From: Alphaproteobacteria bacterium
Lineage (GTDB): Bacteria > Pseudomonadota > Alphaproteobacteria > CALKHQ01
NCBI GenBank assembly: GCA_965227515.1
Contig: CBDDFZ010000002.1
Coordinates: 160,001 to 224,000, forward strand
DNA: 64,000 nt
Direction of reading: 5' to 3'
The first letter of the stretch is position 1, and every line of letters starts with the position of its first letter. Both the position numbers and the translations under genes were made by a program. This document shows positions 47,051 through 56,658 of this stretch, piece by piece. The notes under the pieces are model-generated. The model was not told the origin of the DNA. It did not search any database and saw only the letters and a program-made list of their open reading frames with translations.

Positions 47051-47569
47051 ATGGCGGGCCCTTCGGACGCGGTGGACGCGGCTGCGGAATTCGCGGCACT
47101 GGTTGACGTCCTGATCCCCGGCGACGGCGCGTTTCCGGCCGCGAGCACGGTCGGCGCGCAGGCCCGGCTGGCGGAGCGGCTGGATCGCCTGGCCGGGCCG
47201 GGCGCGCACCGGACGTTGCTGGACGGCCTGGCGTCGGCCGGCGGCCCGCTCCGCGATCTCGATGCGGCGCAACGGGCCGGCGCGGTGCGTGGGCTGGAAG
47301 CCGCCGCGCCCGACCTGTTCGAAGCGACCCTGAAGGCGGTCTACCTCAGCTATTACGAGCACCCGTCGGTGCACGCGGCGATCCGCGCGCTCGGCCATCC
47401 CTACCACACGCGCCTGCTGCCGGAGGGCTATGACGTGGCGCCGTTCGACCCCGCCACCGACCGCCCGAGCGAACGGCGGGGCAACTGCCGCACGACCGAC
47501 GAGGTGCGGCGCGTCGACCTGAGCGGCCTCGACTTTGGCGCCGACACGGACGCGCGCGATGGTGGCTAG
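47051..47569 (+). CDS. Small (gamma/gluconate-2-dehydrogenase subunit 3-like) partner of a GMC dehydrogenase
   Basis: LVDVLIPGDG.FP.AS..G and YLSYYEHP.V pattern; directly upstream of a GMC gene. Confidence 0.68.
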   Translation: MAGPSDAVDAAAEFAALVDVLIPGDGAFPAASTVGAQARLAERLDRLAGPGAHRTLLDGLASAGGPLRDLDAAQRAGAVRGLEAAAPDLFEATLKAVYLSYYEHPSVHAAIRALGHPYHTRLLPEGYDVAPFDPATDRPSERRGNCRTTDEVRRVDLSGLDFGADTDARDGG

Positions 47570-47640
47570 CTTGAATGTCGCGTTCGTTTATGGAGCCAGG
47601 TCATGGCCCAGGTATGCTGGCTGTTCGCTACAACTCAATT

Positions 47641-47777
47641 GTCGTCCTCGCCCTTGTGGCGAGGACCCATCGCCGTCCAATACGCCGACGACCTTGACGG
47701 CCCTGAGGCATGTTGTGGCGGGGCAAAGCTCCAGACCGCCACACAAATGGGCCCTCGGCACGGAGGCCGAGGGCGAC
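47641..47777. repeat. REP-like inverted doublet (REPIN-like)
   Basis: Arm GTCGTCCTCGCCCTTGTGGCGAGGACCCAT (47641-47670) and inverted variant arm ATGGGCCCTCGGCACGGAGGCCGAGGGCGAC (47747-47777). Confidence 0.8.
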
Positions 47778-47826
47778 GAAGGTATTTGGCGGCAGGATGC
47801 GCGCAAGTCCTGGTGGGACCCCGGAC

Positions 47827-49449
47827 ATGACCGCTAGCGAAACCGAAATCGCCGATGTCGCGGTGGTCGGCGCCGGTGTGTCCGGCGCGCTGGTCAGCCT
47901 GATCCTGGCCGAGGCCGGCATCGACGTGGTGTGCCTGGAGCAGGGCGGCCGGGTCGCCCCCGGTGCCTATCCGCACGACGATGCCGACTGGGAATGGCAG
48001 CGCTCGACCGTGTGGCATCCCGAGCCGAACACCCGCCGTGGCGAGGACGACTACGCCGTCGACACCGACAGCGAGGCCACGCTGATGTGGAACGCGGTCG
48101 GCGGCTCCAGCGTCATCTACACCGCGCTATGGCCGCGTTATCGCCCATCCGACTTCCGCAAGGGCGACGAGCACGGTCTGGCACCGAACTGGCCGATCAC
48201 CTACGAGGACTTGGCGCCCTACTATGACCGCGCCGACCGGCTGCTCGGCACCAGTGGATTGGCTGGCGATCCGGGTGGCCCGCCGGTCTCCAGCTATCCG
48301 ACCCCGCCGCTGCCGATCGGGGCGGTCGGGCGCCGGCTCGCCGGCGGGTTCGACAAGCTTGGCTGGCACTGGTGGCCAATGCCGGCCGGTGTCATCTCGC
48401 AGGATTATGACGGCCGTCCGGGCTGCAACGGCTGCGGCGGCTGTGTCGCCGGCTGCCCGCGCGGCTCCATGAGCAATGTCGGCTTTTCGATCTGGCCCAA
48501 GGCGTTGCGAGCCGGCGCCAGGCTGATCACCCGCGCGCGTGCGCTGCAGATCGAGACCGACGGCGCCGGGCGTGCCACCGGTGTGGTTTACGCCGACCGC
48601 GACGCGGGCTGCCAGCGCCGCCAGCGGGCGCGCACTGTCGTGCTGGCTGGCAATGGCGTCGGCTCGGCGCGGCTGTTGCTGGCGTCAGGCAACCTCGCCA
48701 ACAGCTCCGACCAGGTCGGCCGCAACCTGACCCACCACACGCTGGTGGGCACCGAGATGTGGGTGGACGAACCCCTCGCTTCGCACACCGGCTCGCTGGG
48801 CGCGGTGATCAGCCAGGAGTTCGCCGAGACCGACACCGCACGCGGCTTCGTCAACGGCTTCAATTTCAACTGTGTCGGCATGGAGGGCGCGGGCCTGCAG
48901 TCGCTGGGCTTCCTCTCGCCCGGCGGCGCGCCATGGGGCGAGGGCCATCACGACTGGTTCCGCCGGCATTTCGGCCACGGCTTCGTCGCGTTCGCCATCG
49001 GCGACGATATCCCGCACCCGGACAATCGGGTGACCCTGTCACCTGATATCGGCGACGAGGACGGGCTGCCGATCCCGCGCATCGACTATGCGCCGCATGC
49101 CAACGACTGGGCGATGATGCGCTTTGCCGCCCAGCGGCTGGAGGAGCTGGCCGGCGCCGTCGGCAGCTTCGAGCATCGCATGGTCGACTACGTCGATCCG
49201 CAGACCGGCCGCTACCGCCCGCCGGCCTGGCATCTGCTCGGCACCTGCCGCATGGGCGACGACCGCGAGACCTCGGTCGTCGACAAGTGGAACCGGTGCT
49301 GGGACGTGCCGAACCTGCTGGTGGTCGACGGCGGGGCGCTGACCACCGCCGGGGCGGTCAATCCGACCCCGACGATTGCCGCCGTCGCCGTGCGCGCCGC
49401 CGAGCGCTTGTGTAAGGATCGCGGGCGCGCAGAGGCCGACCCGACATAG
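47827..49449 (+). CDS. GMC oxidoreductase, dehydrogenase large subunit with Cys cluster
   Basis: VVGAGVSG, VGGSS, WPITYEDLAPYY, CNGCGGCVAGCP, HLLGTCRMG, NPTPTI. Confidence 0.9.
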   Translation: MTASETEIADVAVVGAGVSGALVSLILAEAGIDVVCLEQGGRVAPGAYPHDDADWEWQRSTVWHPEPNTRRGEDDYAVDTDSEATLMWNAVGGSSVIYTALWPRYRPSDFRKGDEHGLAPNWPITYEDLAPYYDRADRLLGTSGLAGDPGGPPVSSYPTPPLPIGAVGRRLAGGFDKLGWHWWPMPAGVISQDYDGRPGCNGCGGCVAGCPRGSMSNVGFSIWPKALRAGARLITRARALQIETDGAGRATGVVYADRDAGCQRRQRARTVVLAGNGVGSARLLLASGNLANSSDQVGRNLTHHTLVGTEMWVDEPLASHTGSLGAVISQEFAETDTARGFVNGFNFNCVGMEGAGLQSLGFLSPGGAPWGEGHHDWFRRHFGHGFVAFAIGDDIPHPDNRVTLSPDIGDEDGLPIPRIDYAPHANDWAMMRFAAQRLEELAGAVGSFEHRMVDYVDPQTGRYRPPAWHLLGTCRMGDDRETSVVDKWNRCWDVPNLLVVDGGALTTAGAVNPTPTIAAVAVRAAERLCKDRGRAEADPT

Positions 49450-49460
49450 ACGAGCCTGCG

Positions 49461-49871
49461 CTAGGCTTTCGCCTCGGCATCGAGTTCGTCGAACAGGCCC
49501 TGCACGATCCGCATGGCGTCGAGCGATGCCGGCGCGCCGCAGTAGATGGCGCCCTGCAGCACGATCTCCACGATCTCCTCGCGGCTGAGCCCATTGGTCA
49601 GGGCGCCGCGGGCGTGGACCTTGAACTCGTTCGGCCGGTTCAGCGCCATGGTCATGCCGAGGTTCAGCACGCTGCGCAGCTTCCGGTCGAGGCCGGGCCG
49701 CCCCCAAATCTCGCCCCAGCACCACTCGGTGATCAGCTTCTGCAGCGGGGCGGAGTAATCGGTGGCGGCGGCCAGCGACTTGTCGACATAGGCGTCGCCC
49801 AGCACCTCGCGCCGGATCGTCAGCCCCTGCTCGAACATGTCGCCCTCGAAAGACGGGTGGCGGGTGCTCAT
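49461..49871 (-). CDS. Carboxymuconolactone decarboxylase family protein
   Basis: GLTIRREVLG, WGEIWGRPGL, H.RGAL.NG, IYCGAP. Confidence 0.88.
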   Translation of the reverse strand: MSTRHPSFEGDMFEQGLTIRREVLGDAYVDKSLAAATDYSAPLQKLITEWCWGEIWGRPGLDRKLRSVLNLGMTMALNRPNEFKVHARGALTNGLSREEIVEIVLQGAIYCGAPASLDAMRIVQGLFDELDAEAKA

Positions 49872-51250
49872 GGTGGTCCTCCGTGTTCTGGAATTCTCGG
49901 CCGTGCCTGCGCCATGAGTGCGCCGATGCTGCCGGTCTTGGGAAGCGCCCAGAGTGCCGTGGCAAGCGATCCCGCGTCCACAGCGGGTGCGCCGTGGCGG
50001 GCGAGTGCCGCGAACTTGGCCATGAGGTCATCATCGCTCATCGGGCAGCCTGGATTGCCGCGGCCGACCGGCACCGTGACCGCGATTTGCGCGCCATCGG
50101 CCATGTCGATCTTCACCGAGGCGCACTCCACCGGCACGGCCGGATCGGCCCCGATCTCGCCGACGCGCTCGGCGAGGGCCCTGACGTTCGGCGCGCGCAC
50201 GGCGTCGTCGGAGAAGTCGGCAACCCCGGCGGTGCCGCGCAACAGGCTGACCGCGACCGCGTGCTGGGCGCTGACCTGCGCCTCGCGCCCTGTCGTGACG
50301 CCCGGGCGGTCGGTGCGCGCTTTCAGCAGCGGATTGCCGGAAATCGTGACCTGCGCGATCCGCGCGGGATCGAAACCGGGGTCGGCGCGGGCCTCCAGGC
50401 AGGCGTCGATCACCGGGTTCAGCACCACCCCGCACGGATAGGGCTTGAACATATCGTTCTTCAGGTCCCAGTGTGTGCCCAGGCCATCCTCGATGGCGTC
50501 CGGGCGCGGCGCGTCGCAGCAGACGGCCAGGAAACCGCGCGGGCCTTCAAGGGGTTGCTCCGGGCCGGCGACGCCGGCCTCGGCCATCAGCGCCGACATC
50601 AGCCCGTTGCGCGCGGCCCCGCCCACACCGACGCTCTTGGCCATGTGGCCCAGCGTTTCGACCAGCCCGGATGCCTGCGCCGACGCGTTGCCCAGCGCCC
50701 ACAGCGTGCGCGTGGCGTCCAGGCCGAGCAGCTTCGTGGCAGCAGCGGCGGCGCCAAAGATGCCGCAGGTCGCGGTGATGTGCCAGCCGCGGTTGTAGTG
50801 GCCCGGCGACACCGCGTTGCCGATGCGGCAGGCGACCTCGATCCCCAGCGCCACCGCGTGGATCAGCGTCGCGCCGCCGATGGGGCGGGTCTCGGCAAGC
50901 GCCAGTGCCGCCGGCAGCACCGGGGCCGTCGGGTGGATGATGGTGCCGGCGTGGTTGTCGTCGAAGTCGAACACGTTGATCGCTGCGCCGTTCAGGAACG
51001 CGGCGGTCGGCATGTCCGCGCGCTGCGCGTGGCCGATGACCGTCGCCTGCGCACCCGATGCGAACGGCATCAACAGTTCGGACAGGCGCACGATGGCTTC
51101 GTCGGCACGGCCGCCGAGCGCGGTGCCGAAGCCGTTCAGGACCGCGCGCAAGGCGTGCGCGCGCACGTCATCCGGCAGGTCGCCCGGTGCGGCGGCGCAG
51201 ACGAACCCCGCCAGCCGGCGCGACAGGCCGGCACTGTCGAGCGTGGGCAC
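49868..51250 (-). CDS. MmgE/PrpD family protein
   Basis: DFDDNH..IHP, GWHIT.TCG, KPYPCG; GTG start at 51250. Confidence 0.88.
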   Translation of the reverse strand: MPTLDSAGLSRRLAGFVCAAAPGDLPDDVRAHALRAVLNGFGTALGGRADEAIVRLSELLMPFASGAQATVIGHAQRADMPTAAFLNGAAINVFDFDDNHAGTIIHPTAPVLPAALALAETRPIGGATLIHAVALGIEVACRIGNAVSPGHYNRGWHITATCGIFGAAAAATKLLGLDATRTLWALGNASAQASGLVETLGHMAKSVGVGGAARNGLMSALMAEAGVAGPEQPLEGPRGFLAVCCDAPRPDAIEDGLGTHWDLKNDMFKPYPCGVVLNPVIDACLEARADPGFDPARIAQVTISGNPLLKARTDRPGVTTGREAQVSAQHAVAVSLLRGTAGVADFSDDAVRAPNVRALAERVGEIGADPAVPVECASVKIDMADGAQIAVTVPVGRGNPGCPMSDDDLMAKFAALARHGAPAVDAGSLATALWALPKTGSIGALMAQARPRIPEHGGPP

Positions 51251-51255
51251 CTGTT

Positions 51256-52149
51256 TCAGCCCGAGACTTCGACGCCCGACCATTCCTCGATCGGCTTGAT
51301 GATCTCGGTCAGGTCGGCGGCATCGCCGAGCCGTCCTTGCGCGATAGTCAGCAACTGCTTCACCGCGCTGCCGACGATCATCGGCACGCCCTGCGCCTCG
51401 CTCTCCTCCAGGCACAGCCGGATGTCCTTCGCGGAAAGACCGAGGGCGAAGCCGAAATCGAAGCTGCGGGTCAGCACGAACTTGGGGATCTTGGTCAGCG
51501 TGGCGTTGGAGCTGCCGCTGCCGGCGTTGATCACCTCGACCATGACAGCGGGGTCGAGCCCGGCCTTGGCGCCCAGCACCAGCGCCTCCGAGGCAATCGA
51601 CAATGCGGTCACCGACATCAGGTTGTTGATGACCTTGATGGTCTGGCCCATGCCCGGCTCCGCGCCGACATGGATCACCTTGCCGAAGCATTCCAGGATC
51701 GGCCGAACCTCGTCCAGCACCGCCGCGGGGCAGGCCGCCATCAACGCCAGCGTGCCCTTCTCGGCGCCAGCAACGCCGCCGCTGATCGGGCAGTCCACCG
51801 GGGAGATGCCGGCATCCGCCAGGCCCTTGGCGACCGACTTCGCCACCTTCGACCCGGTGGTCGAGAGGTCGACGACGATGCGCACCGCGCTGCCGCCGCT
51901 CAACCCATCCGGCCCCAGCGCCACAGCCGACACGATCTCGGGCGTCGGCAGCGACATCAGAACGATCTCGGCCACGTTGGCGAGCGCGGCCGGGCTCTCC
52001 GCGCACTCCGCCCCGGCATCGACCAGGGCCGCCACCGCGTCCGGGTTGGTGTCGAACACCGTCACCTTGTGGCCGGCATCCAGCAGCCGCCTGGCCAAGG
52101 GTGTGCCCATCCGGCCGACGCCGGCGAAGCCGATGCGGACGTCGCTCAT
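51256..52149 (-). CDS. NAD(P)-dependent beta-hydroxyacid dehydrogenase (3-hydroxyisobutyrate dehydrogenase family)
   Basis: IGFAGVGRMG, DCPISGG, KVINN, KDI. Confidence 0.9.
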   Translation of the reverse strand: MSDVRIGFAGVGRMGTPLARRLLDAGHKVTVFDTNPDAVAALVDAGAECAESPAALANVAEIVLMSLPTPEIVSAVALGPDGLSGGSAVRIVVDLSTTGSKVAKSVAKGLADAGISPVDCPISGGVAGAEKGTLALMAACPAAVLDEVRPILECFGKVIHVGAEPGMGQTIKVINNLMSVTALSIASEALVLGAKAGLDPAVMVEVINAGSGSSNATLTKIPKFVLTRSFDFGFALGLSAKDIRLCLEESEAQGVPMIVGSAVKQLLTIAQGRLGDAADLTEIIKPIEEWSGVEVSG

Positions 52150-52204
52150 AACTGCATTCCTTCCATTTCGCTGTCGCGCCGGTGGCGCTGCGCCCTTCGG
52201 CCGC

Positions 52205-53002
52205 TCAGGCGATAGGGTCCAGGTCGAGGCGCACGATGTCGGCGACGCCGTCCAGTGCAGTGGGATAACGCTCCAGCACCAGCGGGTCGTGGCCCGGGAT
52301 GACGTGCTGCGGCGAGGACGCCAGCCGGCGCATGGTGTCATAGCCGTTCAGCATGTCGGTGGCGCTCTCCACCACGGGGAAAGGCCGGTTCTGTTCGAAG
52401 TTGGCGTAGAAGTGCGAGGCATCGGAGCCGAGCACCACCCAGCCGCGCTGGGTCAGCACGCGCACCACCTGCAGGCCCTTGGTGTGGCCGCCGACCCGGT
52501 GCACCGTGATGTTCGGCGCGACCTCGGAATCGCCATCGTGGAACTGCACCCGGTCGTCGTAGATCTTGGTCACCATGCTGGCGACGTCCCCACCGTCGAA
52601 GGCATGGCGCAGATAGGCGTGGCACATGCCGCGCCCGGTGCAATAGGCCATCTCCGCGTCCTGCACGTGATAGCGCGCCTGCGGAAACAGATTGCGGTTG
52701 CCGGCATGGTCGAAATGCATGTGCGAGATGATGATGTCGCGCACGCCGTCGGGGTCGATGCCGACCATCTTCAGCCCGTCGCCCACCGGCCGCAGCAATT
52801 GGCGGTTGCGCCGTTCCGCGGAACTGGCGTCATAGCCGGTATCGAGCAGCAACGTCCGCTCGCGGCCGACGATGGCCCAGACGAAATAGTCCAGCGGCAT
52901 CGGGCCGTCGTGCGGATCGCCGCCGATGAAGTTGGCCGCCGCCGTGCGGTCGTGATGGCCGTAGCGGATCGCGTAGAGTTCGTATGTGTCGTCCATCTGC
53001 AT
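52205..53002 (-). CDS. Metallo-beta-lactamase-fold lactonase (N-acyl homoserine lactonase family)
   Basis: LDTG, SHMHFDH (HxHxDH), GHTKG, SDA, PGHD; GGAGG RBS. Confidence 0.88.
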   Translation of the reverse strand: MQMDDTYELYAIRYGHHDRTAAANFIGGDPHDGPMPLDYFVWAIVGRERTLLLDTGYDASSAERRNRQLLRPVGDGLKMVGIDPDGVRDIIISHMHFDHAGNRNLFPQARYHVQDAEMAYCTGRGMCHAYLRHAFDGGDVASMVTKIYDDRVQFHDGDSEVAPNITVHRVGGHTKGLQVVRVLTQRGWVVLGSDASHFYANFEQNRPFPVVESATDMLNGYDTMRRLASSPQHVIPGHDPLVLERYPTALDGVADIVRLDLDPIA

Positions 53003-53023
53003 GTCCTCCCTCGCCGCGCTATT

Positions 53024-53899
53024 CTAGCTTGCGAGCCAGCCCGCTTCGACCGGCAGGGTTGCCCCCGTCATGTCGCGGGCGACCGGGCCGCAGAGGAACA
53101 CCAGCAGATCCGACACGCTTTGTGGCGCGACGAAATTGCCGCCGGGCTGCTTGCCCTCCAAGAAGATGCGCTCGGCCTGGTCGCGGTCGGTGTCGCGCTC
53201 GGACATGATCCCGATCACCCGGTCCTCGGTGCCCGGCGTCAGCACCGAGCCGGGGCAGATGCAGTGGCAGGTGACGTTGCGGTCCAGGTTCTCCAGCGCG
53301 ACGGCGCGGGTCAGGCCGAGCAGGCCCGACTTCGTGGCGACGTAGCCGACCCGGTCCGCCGTGCCGCGAATGCCGTAGACCGACGTGATGTTGAAGATGC
53401 GCCCGAAATTGCTGTCGCGCATGGCCGGCAGCAGGCGGCGGATCGCGTAGAAGGCCGCCGACAGGTTGACTGCCAGCGACGCCTCCCAGGACTCGGTCGG
53501 GAAGTCGATGACCGGGGCGAAATGGCGGACAACGGCATTGTTGACCAGGATGTCGACCCGCTCGAACCGCTGGCAGGCGGCGTCGATCAGGTCCTCGACC
53601 CCGGCCGGCGACGACAGGTCGGCGCGCAGGTAATCGACATCGACCCCCTCGTCGTCGGCAAGCTGCCGACAGACCGGCGCCATCGCGTCGTCGTCGGCGA
53701 GACCGTGCAGCATGACCGATGCGCCGGCGTGCGCCAGGCCCTTGGCGATCGCGTGGCCGAGGCCGCCGGTGGAACCGGTGACCAGAGCGCGGTAGCCCTC
53801 AAGGGTGCGGGCCGGCGCGCGCGGCGGCGTCAGCGGTCCAACCCTGTCCTGCTCCGTGTCCGCGCCCAATCGCCAACACCCCCTGTTCAGCCGTGCCAC
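53024..53899 (-). CDS. SDR oxidoreductase (3-hydroxybutyrate dehydrogenase-like); start uncertain
   Basis: VTGSTGGLG, DILVNNA, YVATK, ICPG. Confidence 0.85.
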   Translation of the reverse strand: MARLNRGCWRLGADTEQDRVGPLTPPRAPARTLEGYRALVTGSTGGLGHAIAKGLAHAGASVMLHGLADDDAMAPVCRQLADDEGVDVDYLRADLSSPAGVEDLIDAACQRFERVDILVNNAVVRHFAPVIDFPTESWEASLAVNLSAAFYAIRRLLPAMRDSNFGRIFNITSVYGIRGTADRVGYVATKSGLLGLTRAVALENLDRNVTCHCICPGSVLTPGTEDRVIGIMSERDTDRDQAERIFLEGKQPGGNFVAPQSVSDLLVFLCGPVARDMTGATLPVEAGWLAS

Positions 53900-53962
53900 G
53901 CGAACTTGCCGTTGGCGCCGCTGCCATTCCCCACCGGCAACTGCCCCGACGGCCGAAGTTCA

Positions 53963-53976
53963 TGATACCGGTAACA
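53963..53976. promoter_or_regulatory. LacI-type operator
   Basis: TGATACCGGTAACA, a palindromic motif repeated four times in 54-58.2 kb. Confidence 0.75.
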
Positions 53977-54019
53977 CGCGCGACTATAGGACCGGGCCTT
54001 GGCCGATGCAACGACGGAC

Positions 54020-55060
54020 TCAGGTGCTTTCGCGCTGGATGACCTCGAACTTCAGGTCGACCACGCTGCCGCGCAGGTGCTCGGCATCGTCGATGATGCG
54101 GCTCAGCAGCATGCGCGCCGCCCGCTCGCCGATGTCGTGCCGCGGCAGGCGCAACGTCGTCACCGACGGGGAGACATGGCGCAGCAGGTCGACATCGTCG
54201 AAGCTGGCGATGGCGATGCGGTCGGGCACCGCCCAGCCGCGCTTGCCGCACTCGAACAGCGCTCCCACGGCCAGCACGTCGCCGGCGCAGAACAGCGCAT
54301 CGACCTGCGGCACCGTCTGGACGATACGGGCCACCACCTCGGCGCCGGCGGCGAGCCCGCGCTCGGTCTCGACCACCAGGCGCGGGTCGTAGTCCAGGCC
54401 CAGGTCGTCCAGCGCCTCCCTGTAGCCCCGGATCCGGTCCTGGGAGCGGTCGTTGTGCACCGAGTAGAGCGAGGCGAAGGCGATGCGTTTGTAGCCCAGG
54501 CGGCCGAGATGCATGGTCATCGCGTGCGACGCGTCGCGGTTGGAATAGCTGACCGCCATGTCGAGCGGTTCGGCGGGAATGTTGCCGTTTTCCACTACCG
54601 GGACGCCGGATTTGCGGATCTTGCCGATCGCATCGGGCGTGTGCTCGGTGCTGTGCAGTACCAGCCCCCCGACCCTATGGCTGAGGAACACGGTGATCAG
54701 TTCCTCCTCCTCGTTCGGGTCGTGGCCGGACTCCGCGATCATCAACTGGAAGCCTGAGCGTTTCAGCACCTCCGACAGGCCCTTCACGGTTTGCGTGTAG
54801 ATCGAGTTGTCGATGCTGGGCACGATCAGGCCGATGGTCGTCGAGCGGTTGGACGACAGGCTGCCGGCGAGGTGGTTGGGTAGATATCCGATCTCGCGGA
54901 CGGCGCGCAGCACGCGCTCGCGCATCTCGTCGGAGACCTTGCTGGGCTCCTTCAACGCGCGCGACACGGTCATCGTCGAGACCCCGGCGCGGATCGCGAC
55001 ATCGCGCATGCGAGCGCTGCCGTTTCCGGGCCCTGACCGGGAGGACGAGCGCTTCGGCAT
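54020..55060 (-). CDS. LacI-family regulator (E. coli GntR/IdnR-like)
   Basis: RMRDVAIRAGVSTMTVSRAL, YLPN.LA, LAVGALFEC..RG.AVP, SFDD. Confidence 0.92.
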   Translation of the reverse strand: MPKRSSSRSGPGNGSARMRDVAIRAGVSTMTVSRALKEPSKVSDEMRERVLRAVREIGYLPNHLAGSLSSNRSTTIGLIVPSIDNSIYTQTVKGLSEVLKRSGFQLMIAESGHDPNEEEELITVFLSHRVGGLVLHSTEHTPDAIGKIRKSGVPVVENGNIPAEPLDMAVSYSNRDASHAMTMHLGRLGYKRIAFASLYSVHNDRSQDRIRGYREALDDLGLDYDPRLVVETERGLAAGAEVVARIVQTVPQVDALFCAGDVLAVGALFECGKRGWAVPDRIAIASFDDVDLLRHVSPSVTTLRLPRHDIGERAARMLLSRIIDDAEHLRGSVVDLKFEVIQREST

Positions 55061-55158
55061 GGTGGCTCCTTGTTATGCGGCCATGTTAATCAAAGCTGCC
55101 TTGCGTTACGCCAGCAAGGGAATCTTGCCCCGATACGACAATCTGATACCATTTCTGT

Positions 55159-55172
55159 TGTTACCGGTATCA
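55159..55172. promoter_or_regulatory. LacI-type operator
   Basis: TGTTACCGGTATCA, the exact reverse complement of 53963-53976. Confidence 0.75.
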
Positions 55173-55239
55173 GATTTTGCGAGAAACCGATGGCGTCGGT
55201 GCATCGGGCATGTGCGGACGGCGACCGGGAGGGCAAGCG

Positions 55240-55710
55240 GTGCAAGGTAAGAGCGGGCTGGCGGCCGAGCAGGCGATGGTGCGCTATCTGGACGAAGCCA
55301 AGTCGGTCCATGATGCGTTGCGTGCGCTGCTGACCCAGGTCTCCGGCTTCGCGCTGATGCTGATGACATCGCGCGATCTTCGATTGCTGCCGGACGCGCC
55401 CATCGGCAAGGCCGTGTCGGCTTCGGCAGAGGCAACCGAGGCGGCCCGCGCGCTCGCGGTCCCGCCCGATGCCGAACACCACCATCATCATTTGAGCTGC
55501 GCCTGCGCGGCTGTGTCCCAATCGTGCGCCGCGGCTTTGTCCTGCATGGCGCCCGACGCCACCGAGCGCGACCGGGACGCGCTGGTCGCGATGCTGAAGT
55601 CGGCGGTCGGGCACGTGCGGGCACTGGGTGTGCTGATGCCGGGCTTCGAGCCGGTGAAATTCGACCAGGCCTGCTGCGCCGCCCATGCGGCGCCAATGAG
55701 CTTGAACTAG
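55240..55710 (+). CDS. Hypothetical His/Cys-rich helical protein
   Basis: GGAGG RBS with GTG at 55240; EHHHHHLSCAC and C-terminal ACCAAH; coding-like codon usage. Confidence 0.7.
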   Translation: MQGKSGLAAEQAMVRYLDEAKSVHDALRALLTQVSGFALMLMTSRDLRLLPDAPIGKAVSASAEATEAARALAVPPDAEHHHHHLSCACAAVSQSCAAALSCMAPDATERDRDALVAMLKSAVGHVRALGVLMPGFEPVKFDQACCAAHAAPMSLN

Positions 55711-55779
55711 GTGGAAGACCGGGAATTGGTCGGAACACCGGCGGCCTGAACCGCAACGCTTTGCCCTGGGGAGGACATC

Positions 55780-56658
55780 ATGGCGGACTATTCGATTTGG
55801 GTGCTTGAGTACGCGGCGGTTGAGCTGTTCCCGTTCAACGTCATGATGTACGGGCCGATGCACGAGGGCACGCGCAAGCTGCCCTATGCCTACGTCGTGC
55901 TGCAGGGCAATGGCGAGACCATCCTGATCGACACCGGCTACGACCATGTCAACTACGGCAAGACGCTGGCCGAGAACTACGGCGTGACCAACTACCACGG
56001 GCCGCGCGAGGTGATGCGCGAATGCGGGGTGGCGCCGGAGGACGTGACCGCGGTCTTCATCACCCACGCCCATTTCGACCACATCGGCGCGATGGACCAT
56101 TTCCCCAACGCCAAGTTCTATCTGCAGAAGCGCGAGCTCGATCAATGGGCCTGGGCGCTGACGCTGGGCCCCGAATTCGGCTTCCTGCTCGGCGGCGGCG
56201 ACCCGGCCGACATCGTGAAGGCGGTCGAGGCGGCCAAGGAAGGCCGGATGATCCTGATCGACGGCGACCAGGAGGATGTGTTGCCCGGCATCGACGTCCA
56301 TCTCGCCGCCGACACCCACACCTACGGCAGCATGTACGTCACGGTGCGCAACGACGGCGCGCGCGACGGCGAGGACAAGTGGGTGTTCGCCGGCGACCTG
56401 ATCTACACCTACGACAACCTCACCGGGCTCGACCCCGACAACCCGCAGATCGTGCCGATCGGGCTCGCGGTCGGCAGCCAGCACAACCTCATGTTCACCA
56501 GCGCGGAGATGCTGAAGTCGGTGGGCGGCGAGGTGCGGCGCGTGATCCCGGTGCACGAGGACCGGCTGAAGGAAACCTTCCCGTCGCGGCTGACCGACCG
56601 TGGCCTCCAAGTGGTGGAAATCGCACTGGCCGACGGGCAGGTCAGCAAGGTGGCCTGA
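55780..56658 (+). CDS. Metallo-beta-lactamase-fold lactonase (N-acyl homoserine lactonase family)
   Basis: LIDTG, THAHFDH, THTYG, AGD, PVHE; GGAGG RBS. Confidence 0.88.
   Translation: MADYSIWVLEYAAVELFPFNVMMYGPMHEGTRKLPYAYVVLQGNGETILIDTGYDHVNYGKTLAENYGVTNYHGPREVMRECGVAPEDVTAVFITHAHFDHIGAMDHFPNAKFYLQKRELDQWAWALTLGPEFGFLLGGGDPADIVKAVEAAKEGRMILIDGDQEDVLPGIDVHLAADTHTYGSMYVTVRNDGARDGEDKWVFAGDLIYTYDNLTGLDPDNPQIVPIGLAVGSQHNLMFTSAEMLKSVGGEVRRVIPVHEDRLKETFPSRLTDRGLQVVEIALADGQVSKVA

Noticed and set aside
51251-52006. 712-aa version of MmgE/PrpD
   Set aside because: The upstream part is an alternative frame of the hydroxyacid dehydrogenase; similar over-extensions affect ORFs 18798, 60244, 34704 and 47710
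49883-53965. 1360-aa + strand ORF
   Set aside because: Antisense to four well-supported minus-strand genes; no recognisable domain
55144-55155. Fifth LacI operator (TGATACCATTTC)
   Set aside because: Only a half-site next to the full operator
52205-56658. Quorum-quenching system from the two AHL-lactonase-family genes
   Set aside because: The family name only reflects the HxHxDH fold; there is no luxI/luxR and the context is catabolic
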